Origin: an uncultured Clostridia bacterium
GTDB lineage: Bacteria > Bacillota > Clostridia > Christensenellales > Borkfalkiaceae
Reading direction: 5' to 3'
DNA length: 64,000 bases
NCBI GenBank assembly: GCA_964504025.1
Contig: CAZDCO010000001.1
Coordinates: forward strand, 1,397-65,396
The notes beneath the pieces were generated by a model, which worked only from the letters and a program-made list of their open reading frames with translations, had not been told where the DNA came from and searched no databases. Shown in pieces: positions 55,366 through 64,000 of the stretch. Made by a program: the position numbers and the translations under genes. Every line of letters starts with the position of its first letter. The stretch's first letter is position 1.

Positions 55366-56286
55366 ATGGTAAAGTTAAAACCGGTGTTAAAAGACTATTT
55401 ATGGGGTGGAGAGCGGCTGAAAGGGCTGTTCGGGCGCGAAAAGGAGGGCGTGATCGCCGAAAGCTGGGAAGTGTCCGTGCATAAGGACGGCGAAAGCGTG
55501 ATCGACGGCGAGAACGTTACGCTGTCGCAATATTTGCAAGCAAACCCCACGGCGGTGGACGGAAAGGGGGGTAAACTCCCCGTGTTGATCAAATATATCG
55601 ACGCGGCGCAGAACTTGTCCGTACAGGTGCACCCCGACGATACGTACGCGCAGGCGAACGAGGGGGACAACGGCAAGACGGAAACGTGGTATATCGTCGC
55701 GGCGTCCGAGGGCGCAGGGATCTATTGCGGTTTGAAGCGCAACGTGGACAAGGACGAGTTTTTGCGCAAAATTCAAGACGGCACGGTGGAAGAATTGCTC
55801 AATTTTATTCCCGTAAAGTCGGGCGATTGTTACCTGATCAAAGCAGGGACGTTGCACGCGATCGGCGCTGGCTGCGTCATTTGCGAAGTGCAACAAAACA
55901 GCAACGTAACCTACCGCGTGTACGATTATAACCGCCGCGGTGCGGACGGTAAGCTGCGCCCCTTGCATATCGACAAAGCGTTGGACGTGATCGATTTCCG
56001 TGCGTTCCAAGACGAAACGCACGGCGGAGAGTATCTTCCCGTGCAAAACGGCGGCAAAATTCGCCTTTTGACGCAGTGTCCGTACTTCCGCTGTCGAGAG
56101 TTGGTTTTGTGCGGTAAATACGCGGAAAACAGCCTTAAATCGTTCACGGCGATCAATTTCATTTGCGGAAACGGGAAAATCAACGGGCAACCGTTCGTAA
56201 CGGGCGACAGTTTCTTCCTTTCTTGCGGCGAATCGTTTGAAATCGAGGGGAATACCACGGCGATCCTCACGACGGAGAACGTATAA
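55366..56286 (+). CDS. manA: Mannose-6-phosphate isomerase, class I
   Basis: LKPVLKDYLWGGERL, SVQVHPDD, ETWYIV and the YRVYDYNR motif of Firmicutes-type PMI. Confidence 0.9.
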   Translation: MVKLKPVLKDYLWGGERLKGLFGREKEGVIAESWEVSVHKDGESVIDGENVTLSQYLQANPTAVDGKGGKLPVLIKYIDAAQNLSVQVHPDDTYAQANEGDNGKTETWYIVAASEGAGIYCGLKRNVDKDEFLRKIQDGTVEELLNFIPVKSGDCYLIKAGTLHAIGAGCVICEVQQNSNVTYRVYDYNRRGADGKLRPLHIDKALDVIDFRAFQDETHGGEYLPVQNGGKIRLLTQCPYFRCRELVLCGKYAENSLKSFTAINFICGNGKINGQPFVTGDSFFLSCGESFEIEGNTTAILTTENV

Positions 56287-56300
56287 CCTAAAAAACGCTG

Positions 56301-56358
56301 AAAAACCTCCTATTATGCCTGACATAATACCTATGTGTGACATAATAGGAGGTTTTTT
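56301..56358. terminator. 17-bp perfect-stem terminator after manA
   Basis: AAAAACCTCCTATTATG (56301-56317) pairs with CATAATAGGAGGTTTTT (56341-56357). Confidence 0.8.
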
Positions 56359-56396
56359 GTACTATGCGTGATATAATACCTATGTGTGGCATAATA
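56320..56396. repeat. Two copies of a 28-nt element (26/28 identical), 49-nt period
   Basis: TGACATAATACCTATGTGTGACATAATA lies at 56320-56347 and TGATATAATACCTATGTGTGGCATAATA at 56369-56396. Confidence 0.85.
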
Positions 56397-56425
56397 AAAA
56401 CTCCGTCGGTTTGGCGGAGTTTTTA
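56396..56425. terminator. Bidirectional terminator after potD
   Basis: AAAACTCCG-TCGGTTTGG-CGGAGTTTT. Confidence 0.8.
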
Positions 56426-56444
56426 TCGTTCGTGCGTATTTTAG

Positions 56445-57809
56445 CTATTTGATCGTGATCCAAATGCGGTTTGCGCGTTCGTTCTCTTCGGCGGTGAAAT
56501 ATTGCATGACCACCAAGCGATCGATCGTTTCTTGATCGGGGTATTGCGCGAACAGTTGTCTATGCTCTTGGTCGGCGGCTGTGGTGAGCTTTCGTCCTTC
56601 GCCGAAGAAGTAAGTCAAATCGTATTCTACGGTATTTTCCTCGTTTTCGTCCGCGCCGTACGTTTCTTTGATATAATCGTAAACGGCGTTTTCACCCGTG
56701 GCAGGGCCGCTGATACAGCTCGTATATCCGACGTATGCGGTGTTGCGTACGGCGTTTTCGGGCAGGGAGAGGAAGTTGACGAACGCTTGCGCCGCGGCTT
56801 TTTGTTCGGCGTCGATTCCTTTGAGCATTACCCAGCCGTCGAACCAGAGGTTGGACGCCGCTTCGGGAATGACGTATTCCAACGCCAAGCCGTATTCTTC
56901 CGCTTTATTCAAGACGTACACCGCGTCGCCGCTCCATTGATAGGACACGTCGAATTTACCGGTGATAATATCCATTTTTCCTTCGTCCGTTTCCAAACCG
57001 TACAAATTTTGCCGCGTTTTGACCAACTCTTCCCGAACGGCGTTCATCGTAGCTTCGTCCGTGCGGTTCATTACGTCGTTGAGATAGGCTTTATATTCGG
57101 ACAAGGACACGCGCCCGTGCTTCAAATCGTCCTTTTTTGCCAGCAATTCGTTCTCGTACAGTGTACCGAGTCCCGTAAAGTAGGCGTCGCGCACGTTGTC
57201 TTTCGAGGTGATTTTGCGTTTATATTTCTCGTTTTGGAAAATACTCCAACGCTTCGCGTCCTCGCGCGCAACCGATTCGGGGTTGATGACGAAGCCCGTC
57301 GTACCCCACATATACCCTGCGGCGTACTTGCTCCACGGCTCGCCTTGCGCCGTTTTGCCCGTATCGAAAACGCCCTTCGTACCGTCGTAGATGTATGGGG
57401 AAACGTTTTGCGCGTAGTAGTTATGCTCGCCGCTCGCGTCGTAAAATTCGTTGTCGTACGGTTCGAGCTTGTCCTCCGCGGCGAGCTTCATGATCATATA
57501 TTCCGACGGGCACAGTAGATCGTATCGATCGCCCATATTGATTTTGTTGTACATGGTTTCGTTGTCCTGAATGGAAACGTACTCCACGTGAATTTTCTTG
57601 TGATAGACTTGTTCGTACCAAGCCTCGAACTCTTCGTACATAGGCTTGCTGCCGACCGCGTAGCTGTCCTCGCCGCCCTCGTCGATATATTCGTCCCAGC
57701 TGCCGACGCGTAAGGTGAGTACGTCGCTGCCGTCGTCGCAGGCGGTAAAGGAGAGGGAGGACAAAAACAGCATCGTCGCCAACAGGGTTACGGAAGTGCG
57801 TTTTTTCAT
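56445..57809 (-). CDS. potD: Spermidine/putrescine ABC transporter substrate-binding lipoprotein
   Basis: Lipobox SFTACDDGS and a PotD-like periplasmic binding fold. It is the last gene of a potABCD-ordered operon. Confidence 0.8.
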   Translation of the reverse strand: MKKRTSVTLLATMLFLSSLSFTACDDGSDVLTLRVGSWDEYIDEGGEDSYAVGSKPMYEEFEAWYEQVYHKKIHVEYVSIQDNETMYNKINMGDRYDLLCPSEYMIMKLAAEDKLEPYDNEFYDASGEHNYYAQNVSPYIYDGTKGVFDTGKTAQGEPWSKYAAGYMWGTTGFVINPESVAREDAKRWSIFQNEKYKRKITSKDNVRDAYFTGLGTLYENELLAKKDDLKHGRVSLSEYKAYLNDVMNRTDEATMNAVREELVKTRQNLYGLETDEGKMDIITGKFDVSYQWSGDAVYVLNKAEEYGLALEYVIPEAASNLWFDGWVMLKGIDAEQKAAAQAFVNFLSLPENAVRNTAYVGYTSCISGPATGENAVYDYIKETYGADENEENTVEYDLTYFFGEGRKLTTAADQEHRQLFAQYPDQETIDRLVVMQYFTAEENERANRIWITIK

Positions 57810-58621
57810 TTCTTTTTCCTCCTTGCGTTCTTATACGCGAGTACGTTGGACACGATCACGACCAAGAGAATGATAAAGAATATAATCGCGGTAAACGCCC
57901 AGTATGCCGCCTTGATCTTCGCGCCCAACACGTTGTTTTTATCCAAACCGTAGATATGCGTGCTGATCGTCGCGAACGAATCGGGTTTTGTGTACGCCGC
58001 AATGACGTAATCGTCCAAGGACAGCGTAACGGAAAGCAGGAAACCGGAGATAATTCCGGGTAAAATTTGCGGAATGATCACTTTGAACAGAGCTTTCGTG
58101 GGCGTCGCGCCTAAGTCTAACGCCGCCTCGTACAAGTTGTTGTCCATTTGTTTCAACTTTGGTATGACGGATAACACTACGAAAGGTGCGCATACGAGCG
58201 TTTGTCCCACGACCAAGGGGATATACGTCGATTTATCGATACCGAGAAAGGACACGAGCAGGGCGAACGAAATCGCCGTTACGACGTCCGCGTTGATGAC
58301 GGGCAAACGGTTGACCGCGGAGAGTGCCGCACTCGTCTTCTTTTTGGAGTAAAAGATACCGATCGCGCCGATCGTACCGAGCGCGGTAGAGATCGTCGCC
58401 ACGACGAGAGCCAACGCCATCGTTTGCAACACGACCTTTAACGGTTCGTGATCGAAGTTGAAGAAATATTGATAATGCTCCCACGAAAAGGACGTCCAAC
58501 TGTCTTGAATATAATCGCCCGACTTAAAGCTGTTGACGGTTAAAAAGACGATAGGGAAGTAGATAAACGCTAGCGTGAGAGCGATAAAGCTCCATTTTGC
58601 TATGCTTTTGAGTTTTACCAT
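57806..58621 (-). CDS. potC: Spermidine/putrescine ABC transporter permease
   Basis: Six TM helices and the EAA loop YEAALDLGATPTKALFKVIIP. Confidence 0.85.
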   Translation of the reverse strand: MVKLKSIAKWSFIALTLAFIYFPIVFLTVNSFKSGDYIQDSWTSFSWEHYQYFFNFDHEPLKVVLQTMALALVVATISTALGTIGAIGIFYSKKKTSAALSAVNRLPVINADVVTAISFALLVSFLGIDKSTYIPLVVGQTLVCAPFVVLSVIPKLKQMDNNLYEAALDLGATPTKALFKVIIPQILPGIISGFLLSVTLSLDDYVIAAYTKPDSFATISTHIYGLDKNNVLGAKIKAAYWAFTAIIFFIILLVVIVSNVLAYKNARRKKK

Positions 58622-59472
58622 AACGAAGTACCTCTCGTGCCTGTTTCTTCTTCGTTTTCAAAGCCGCCCGTAAGCCACGTAACGGCGAACATGAACACCA
58701 ACAACACCAACGCGACGAACGAGCCGTCGTGCCACAGTCCGCCCGTGAAATAATCGTCGATCAGTTTGCCGAAGATTTTTACGTTGCGGTAGGTGAGGTA
58801 GTTGGAAACGACGTAGTTCGTCATGGACGGTAAAAATACCATGGAAATACCGCTGACGATGCCCGATTTGGAGAGGGGGAGGGTAACTTTGATAAACGCC
58901 TTCGCGTTCGTCGCGCCCAAGTCTTTTGCCGCTTCCAAATAACTCTTGTCGATTTTGATGATCGTGGTATAGATAGGCAGGATCATAAACGGCAGGAAAT
59001 CGTAGACCATACCGATGATCGTGTTGACGATATTCCACCCGTCCGATTTATTGTACGTACCGAGCCAAACGAATAACTCTTTCAAAGCGTTGATACGCAA
59101 TACGAAATTTACCCACATGGGCACGATAAACAAAAGGAGCAACGTCGATTTGTTTTTGAGTTTGCAGTTTGCGATGATATACGCCACGGGATAGGCGATC
59201 AAGAGGCAAACGATCGTGCTGACGAGGGAAATGAACAAGCTGCGTACGATCGTCAAAAACGTAGGGGAAGAAAAGAAAGCCCAAAAGCCCTTTCCGCTAT
59301 CGTCGAAAAAGAAGAGTAACGAATCGAAGGTGAATTCGTGTTGATCATTGGTAAAGGCGTAGTAGAGCACGATCAGAAGGGGTGCAACCACGAATACCGC
59401 CAAAAACAACGCGTAGGGGATCGCGAGCAGTTTTCGGGAAAAATGCAATTTGCGTTTCGTTTTCGTCATCAC
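58615..59472 (-). CDS. potB: Spermidine/putrescine ABC transporter permease
   Basis: Six TM helices and the EAA loop LEAAKDLGATNAKAFIKVTLP. Confidence 0.85.
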   Translation of the reverse strand: MMTKTKRKLHFSRKLLAIPYALFLAVFVVAPLLIVLYYAFTNDQHEFTFDSLLFFFDDSGKGFWAFFSSPTFLTIVRSLFISLVSTIVCLLIAYPVAYIIANCKLKNKSTLLLLFIVPMWVNFVLRINALKELFVWLGTYNKSDGWNIVNTIIGMVYDFLPFMILPIYTTIIKIDKSYLEAAKDLGATNAKAFIKVTLPLSKSGIVSGISMVFLPSMTNYVVSNYLTYRNVKIFGKLIDDYFTGGLWHDGSFVALVLLVFMFAVTWLTGGFENEEETGTRGTSLW

Positions 59473-60995
59473 TTTCCTCCCTCGGCGGCTTTTAAGGTCA
59501 TGCGGATCTTGTCTTTGGGAATGATCAAGCTGACGAGGTCGTTTTCATTCCACAAATCTTCGCAGGCAAGGACGTAGTCTTCCTCGTTTTCCGTACGGAC
59601 GATATAGCGGTAATATTCGCTTTTATAGATCAAGGAGATGATGTGTCCTTGTGCGCCGCCGACGTCGGGATCGTCGCTCATCGTAATATCGTGTAAACCG
59701 ACTTCGACGTTGACTTCGGTGTCCGTCAAATCGATTTTTTCGCCCTTTTGCGTGATTACATAGCCCTCTTCGTCCAAATGACTGTTGGGGTAGAGTTGCG
59801 TAACGTCGCACTCGAATTCGCCGTCGCCGAATTCTACGGTATTGCGTTTCGTGATCACGCCGGCAAATTTATTGACACGGAATACTTTTTTCATGACGTG
59901 TATGCCGTTCGGTTTGATGACCAAACCGACCATATCGCCGACGTTGGGTGCGGAAGTGCTTTGAATTTCAATTTCGTTTCTACCGCATTGTACCAAAATT
60001 TGATAATGGATACCCTTGAAGATGACGGAAGTAACTTTGCCTTTCAGCATGCCTTCGTCGTACGACTTGATCTTTACGTCTTCGGGACGGACGACGACGT
60101 CTACGGGTTCGTCCTTTTCAAAGCCTTCGTCCAAACACTCGAACGATTTACCGCAAAAACGCACCTGGTGATCTTTGGGCATAACGCCCGTGAAGATATT
60201 GCTTTCGCCGATAAAGTCGGCAACGAAGGTGTTTTTCGGTTCGTTATAAATCATTTCGGGCGTACCGATTTGTTGAATCGCGCCGTCCGCCATAACGACG
60301 ATCGTATCGGACATCGTCAACGCTTCTTCCTGATCGTGCGTAACGTAGATAAAGGTGATTCCCAAACGCTTATGCATGGCTTTCAATTCCAACTGCATTT
60401 CCTTGCGCATTTTCAAATCCAACGCGCCGAGCGGTTCGTCCAAGAGGATAATTTCAGGTTCGTTGACGATGGCGCGCGCAATGGCGATACGCTGTTGTTG
60501 ACCGCCCGAAAGGGTGGAGATGCTACGCTTTTCAAACCCGCTCAAATCGACGACTTCCAACGCCTTTTTTACCTTTTCGGCAATGACGGCTTTGGGGAGT
60601 TTTTCCATTTTAATTTTTTCGTTACCCTTTTTATCGATATACGTCGTTTCCACGCGCTTTTGCTTTAACCCGAACGCTACATTGTCGAAGACGTTCAAGT
60701 GGGGGAATAAGGCGTATTTTTGGAATACGGTATTGACGGGACGTAAATGGGGCGGAAGATGGCTTATATCCGTACCGTTTAATAAAATTTGACCGCTCGT
60801 AGGCAGTTCGAAACCGGCGATCATACGCAGGGTGGTGGTTTTACCGCAACCGGACGGACCGAGGAAGGTGATAAACTCGCCCTTGCGAACGTAGAGGTTA
60901 AAATTCTCTACGATGGAAACGCCGTCGAATTGCTTGCATACGTTGACAAGCTCGATAATTTTACCGTTGTTTTCTTTGGAAATTGCTTTGCTCAT
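59469..60995 (-). CDS. potA: Spermidine/putrescine ABC transporter ATPase with an extended C-terminal regulatory region
   Basis: Walker A GPSGCGKTT, signature LSGGQQQR and Walker B ILLDEP. At 508 aa it is longer than a typical PotA. Confidence 0.9.
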   Translation of the reverse strand: MSKAISKENNGKIIELVNVCKQFDGVSIVENFNLYVRKGEFITFLGPSGCGKTTTLRMIAGFELPTSGQILLNGTDISHLPPHLRPVNTVFQKYALFPHLNVFDNVAFGLKQKRVETTYIDKKGNEKIKMEKLPKAVIAEKVKKALEVVDLSGFEKRSISTLSGGQQQRIAIARAIVNEPEIILLDEPLGALDLKMRKEMQLELKAMHKRLGITFIYVTHDQEEALTMSDTIVVMADGAIQQIGTPEMIYNEPKNTFVADFIGESNIFTGVMPKDHQVRFCGKSFECLDEGFEKDEPVDVVVRPEDVKIKSYDEGMLKGKVTSVIFKGIHYQILVQCGRNEIEIQSTSAPNVGDMVGLVIKPNGIHVMKKVFRVNKFAGVITKRNTVEFGDGEFECDVTQLYPNSHLDEEGYVITQKGEKIDLTDTEVNVEVGLHDITMSDDPDVGGAQGHIISLIYKSEYYRYIVRTENEEDYVLACEDLWNENDLVSLIIPKDKIRMTLKAAEGGK

Positions 60996-61022
60996 GACTG
61001 TGTGCTCCCGTGTGTATATCCA

Positions 61023-61565
61023 TTAAAAGTTAGGTGGGGTGGATACCCACAAAAATTTTGATTTTCCTTTGTTTTTGTTGAATATGGCGTGCGGTTTGTT
61101 GGCGGTATAGTAGAACGCCTCGCCCTTTTTGCATAGGTACAGTTTACCGCCGAGTCGTACGGCGATTTTGCCTTCGAGTACGTAGCCGAATTCTTCGCCT
61201 TCGTGCGGTACGTCGCTTTGCGAGGACGCGTTCTCTTCCAACTCCACGAGGACGGGTTCTAACGCGTTCTTTTGCGCGTTGGGTATAAGCCAATGCCAGA
61301 GCATACCGTCGGCGTCCTTTTCAATGAATTCGTCCTTGGAAAAGACGACTTTCTCTGCTTTTTCTTCACGGAAAAATTCGGATAAGCTGCTGCCTAACGC
61401 CGAAAGAATGTCGGTAAGCGTTGCGATCGACGGGCTGTTCAGATCGTTTTCGAGCTGGGAAATATATCCTTTCGTCAGTTCGCAACGGTCGGCTAATTCC
61501 TTTTGCGTTAAACCGAGCTGTAAACGCATTCGTTTTATCTTTTTTCCTAAGTCCATACTTTCCAC
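61023..61565 (-). CDS. XRE-family HTH regulator with a C-terminal cupin domain (PuuR-like)
   Basis: N-terminal HTH_3 (IKRMRLQLGLTQKELADRCELTKGYISQLEN) plus a cupin (GEEFGYVLEGKIAVRLGGK). It lies directly upstream of potA. Confidence 0.85.
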   Translation of the reverse strand: MESMDLGKKIKRMRLQLGLTQKELADRCELTKGYISQLENDLNSPSIATLTDILSALGSSLSEFFREEKAEKVVFSKDEFIEKDADGMLWHWLIPNAQKNALEPVLVELEENASSQSDVPHEGEEFGYVLEGKIAVRLGGKLYLCKKGEAFYYTANKPHAIFNKNKGKSKFLWVSTPPNF

Positions 61566-61622
61566 CTTCTCAGTTTGTTAAAAATAAACCGAAAGTTTAG
61601 CAAAAATAAACCAAACGATTGT

Positions 61623-61651
61623 ATTATAAGAAAAACGTCGTATATTGTCAA
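61623..61651 (-). promoter_or_regulatory. Consensus sigma-A promoter of the regulator-potABCD operon
   Basis: On the minus strand, TTGACA (61651-61646), a 17-nt spacer, then TATAAT (61628-61623). Confidence 0.75.
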
Positions 61652-61783
61652 GCGTTTTGTACCCGTATTTCACAATTTGCGTATATTTATTTGTACGCGC
61701 GCGTGCGAAAGGAAGAAGCAAATAAAAAACAACCGCGTTCGTCGCGGTCGGTGGGAGGGGATAGTGGATAAAAAAGTACGTAG

Positions 61784-61810
61784 AAAAGGGTATACCCAAA
61801 GGCATACCCT
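61784..61810 (-). terminator. Terminator after rpsT
   Basis: On the minus strand, a GGGTAT...ATACCC stem followed by TTTT. Confidence 0.5.
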
Positions 61811-61835
61811 CATACGTATAATATGATAGCGGTAC

Positions 61836-62099
61836 TTAGTTCAAAGAAGCGAGTTTCTTCGCAAGCTTTGCTTTTCTATTGTTCGCGTTGTTCTTGTGAA
61901 TAACACCCTTCGTAACTGCGCCGTCGATTACGGAAACGGTTTCAGGGAAAAGCTTGGTAGCCTCTTCCTTGTTGCCGGCGTTTACGGCTTCGAGAAATTT
62001 CTTCACTTGCGTTTTCAACGCGGATTTAATCGCTTTGTTTTGCATCGTTTTCTTTTCGATAACCAAAACTCTTTTTTTTGCGGATTTAATATTAGGCAT
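61836..62099 (-). CDS. rpsT: 30S ribosomal protein S20
   Basis: MPNIKSAKKRVLVIEKK is the canonical S20 N-terminus. The internal ATG is preferred over the ORF-track start at 62120. Confidence 0.93.
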   Translation of the reverse strand: MPNIKSAKKRVLVIEKKTMQNKAIKSALKTQVKKFLEAVNAGNKEEATKLFPETVSVIDGAVTKGVIHKNNANNRKAKLAKKLASLN

Positions 62100-62249
62100 A
62101 ATGTTCTCCTTGTGCTTCATTTATATTTTTTCGTTTAATCGCGTAGATTATTTTAGCATAATTTTTTTTGATTGTAAACTGTTTTTCAGTAAAAAAATGC
62201 GAAAATCGTTAAATTTTTCAAAAATTTTCAAAAAACGGAGGAAAACGCG

Positions 62250-63035
62250 ATGGATATTCCGAAAAACGGCACGTTCTTCTTTGACAGCGGTATCGGCGGT
62301 TTGACCGTGCTTGCGGAATGTCGGAAACGCTTGCCGCACGAAATTTTCTATTACTACGGGGATAACGCGCGTGCGCCGTACGGAAACTTGCCGACGGAAA
62401 CGATTCGTTCGTACGTTTTCGAGATTTTTGAACGGGCGGCGGTGTTTTCTCCTCGTGCGGCGGTGCTCGCCTGCAACACCGCAACGGCGGTATGCGCGGA
62501 AGATTTGCGCGCACGTTATTCTTTTCCGATTGTCGGGGCTGAACCTGCCGTATTTTTGGCGGCGAAAGGCGGAGGGGAGATCTTTGTTTTGACGACGCGC
62601 GCCACCTATAACAGTCCGCGTTTTCAAACGCTGTGCAAACGGGCGGAGAACGCCTATCCGCATTGCCGTTTACGTCTAGTTTCCTGCGACCGTTTGGCTG
62701 GCGAGATCGAGAGAATCGTTCTCGGCGGCGAAGGGGACGTTTCCTCCTTTCTGCCCGACGGCACGCCCGACTCCGTCGTGCTCGGCTGTACCCATTACGT
62801 ATACGCAAAACAACTTGTGCAGCAAAAGTATCGCGTACCCGTGTACGACGGCAACGAGGGGATCGCCGAACGACTGTCCGATTTGCTTCGTAACGCACCC
62901 CGTTTTTCGTCGGAAAAGACGAGGGGAGACGCATGCGTTTTCGACGGTATTTTCTTCCTCGGGGGCGCGAAATGGTCGAATAAAACGGTGTACGAACAAA
63001 CGTTCGCGGTAAAAACGCTAAAAAGGGGTTATTGA
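62250..63035 (+). CDS. murI: Glutamate racemase
   Basis: FFFDSGIGGLTVL, the ACNTATA catalytic Cys motif and the LGCTHY second Cys motif. Confidence 0.93.
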   Translation: MDIPKNGTFFFDSGIGGLTVLAECRKRLPHEIFYYYGDNARAPYGNLPTETIRSYVFEIFERAAVFSPRAAVLACNTATAVCAEDLRARYSFPIVGAEPAVFLAAKGGGEIFVLTTRATYNSPRFQTLCKRAENAYPHCRLRLVSCDRLAGEIERIVLGGEGDVSSFLPDGTPDSVVLGCTHYVYAKQLVQQKYRVPVYDGNEGIAERLSDLLRNAPRFSSEKTRGDACVFDGIFFLGGAKWSNKTVYEQTFAVKTLKRGY

Positions 63036-63089
63036 GTGGGCAATTTTCCCAAAAATTTAGTAAATTTTGCAAGTTTTTTCAAAAAATCG

Positions 63090-63119
63090 TTGACAAGTGG
63101 TTAAAAGTGGTTGTATAAT
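63090..63119 (+). promoter_or_regulatory. mraZ promoter with two AGTGGTT direct repeats in the spacer (candidate MraZ boxes)
   Basis: TTGACA (63090-63095), an 18-nt spacer, then TATAAT (63114-63119). AGTGGTT lies at 63096-63102 and 63106-63112, a 10-bp period. Confidence 0.65.
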
Positions 63120-63188
63120 AGTATCAAGCTATAAACACAAAGGTATAGCTATACGCAAAAATTTCGACGAGGAGGTAGGAACGCGATT

Positions 63189-63614
63189 ATGTTCAAAGGC
63201 GTATTCGAGCATCAATTAGACGACAAAAATCGGTTGCGTATTCCTTCTCGTTTCAAGAAGGAATTGACGGGCGAGAACGGCGAAAAGACGTACAGCTTTT
63301 TCCGCGGTATGAACCGTTGCATTTGCGTTATGGCGGACGATTTGTTGGACGATACCATTTCTTCGTTGTCCGAAGAGGGGATCTCCGAAGCGAACGAGGC
63401 TTCTACCTTATTCTTCGGAAGCATCTATTCGGCGGAAGAAGATTCGCAGGGGCGCGTCGTGTTGCCTGCGGCGTTGAAAAAAATGGCGGGTATCACGAAG
63501 GATATCGTAACGCTCGGTAGAGGCAAGCGGTTGGAAATTTGGGCTGCGGAAAGATATTACGCATATATCGACGGCGTTGATTACGACGCGGAATTGAAGA
63601 AACTTGGTATTTAA
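63189..63614 (+). CDS. mraZ: Transcriptional regulator MraZ
   Basis: Two DxxxR-type SpoVT/AbrB-like repeats (LDDKNRLRIPSRF and EDSQGRVVLPAAL), followed by rsmH. Confidence 0.95.
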   Translation: MFKGVFEHQLDDKNRLRIPSRFKKELTGENGEKTYSFFRGMNRCICVMADDLLDDTISSLSEEGISEANEASTLFFGSIYSAEEDSQGRVVLPAALKKMAGITKDIVTLGRGKRLEIWAAERYYAYIDGVDYDAELKKLGI

Positions 63615-63616
63615 GT

Positions 63617-64000
63617 ATGTTAGAGTTTTCGCATAAACCCGTTATGTTAGAGGAATGTATGGACGGTTTGAATCTGAAACCGGGCGGCGTTTGGTTCGAC
63701 GGTACGGTCGGAGGAGGCGGACATTCCTATGAAATATTGAAACGTACGTCGCCGAACGGTAGGCTGATCGCCACCGACTTGGACGACGAAGCGATCGCGG
63801 CGGCAACGCAACGGTTGCAACCGTTCGATGGACGGTTTACGATATATAAATCAAATTATAAAAATTTTGAACGAGTATTTGAAGAAGCAGGCGTAGACGA
63901 GATCGACGGTGCAATTCTCGATTTCGGGATATCCTCCCATCAAATCGACGACGAGGATAGGGGATTTTCCTATCGAGCGGAAAACTCACCGTTGGACATG
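63617..64000 (+). CDS. rsmH: 16S rRNA (cytosine1402-N4)-methyltransferase RsmH, 3'-truncated by the window end
   Basis: HKPVMLEECMDGL, DGTVGGGGHS and DFGISSHQID motifs. The frame is open to the window edge. Confidence 0.93.
   Translation, partial: MLEFSHKPVMLEECMDGLNLKPGGVWFDGTVGGGGHSYEILKRTSPNGRLIATDLDDEAIAAATQRLQPFDGRFTIYKSNYKNFERVFEEAGVDEIDGAILDFGISSHQIDDEDRGFSYRAENSPLDM

Noticed and set aside
56320-56396. A mini-CRISPR array.
   Set aside because: There are only two imperfect 28-nt repeats separated by 21 nt. Part of the first repeat belongs to a terminator stem. There are no cas genes and no leader.
1-64000. tRNA, rRNA, tmRNA, T-box or other classic RNA genes.
   Set aside because: The intergenic regions were scanned by eye and no cloverleaf-like or rRNA-like sequence was recognised. 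This cannot be excluded without tRNAscan or Infernal.

Overview
64-kb chromosomal window from a Firmicutes/Clostridia-like bacterium, judged from consensus TTGACA-17-TATAAT promoters, AGGAGG-type RBSs and many Cys-lipobox surface proteins. No tRNA, rRNA, CRISPR array, transposase or integrase was seen. (i) 0-23 kb is core. It holds a 5'-truncated rhamnosidase-like GH, a HAD-IIIA phosphatase, the cell-wall/division block murE-mraY-murD-ftsW-murA-ftsQ-ftsA-ftsZ-murC, ftsK, and rimO-pgsA-cinA-recA-rny. Two perfect tandem duplications occur here: 2x477 bp at 1204-2157 and 2x404 bp at 7581-8388. The second frameshifts murA. (ii) 23.2-37.3 kb is the most interesting part, a roughly 14-kb same-strand locus. 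It starts at a consensus promoter followed by a c-di-GMP-I (GEMM-I)-like aptamer and terminator. A second promoter, aptamer and terminator lie inside the locus, and there is a possible third degenerate aptamer-like leader. The locus encodes proteins with SipW/TasA-type 'AWF' signal peptides (269, 838 and 243 aa), a membrane-anchored relative (256 aa), a catalytically degenerate EAL protein and two SipW-type signal peptidases. Between the peptidases sit a membrane-anchored McrB-family AAA+ protein and an 810-aa partner with a McrC/DUF2357-like motif but no nuclease motif I could see. The locus ends with a degenerate-GGDEF/intact-EAL membrane protein. I read this as a c-di-GMP-gated secreted fibre/adhesin system with an unexplained AAA+ module. 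(iii) 37.3-56.3 kb is an AraC-controlled ABC sugar-uptake and surface-lipoprotein glycan-utilisation locus with a GH29 fucosidase, a decayed phosphoglucomutase remnant and manA. (iv) 56.4-64 kb holds an XRE/cupin regulator with potABCD (minus strand), rpsT, murI, mraZ and 5' rsmH. All calls come from reading the sequence and ORF translations and from remembered family motifs. No searches or computations were run.
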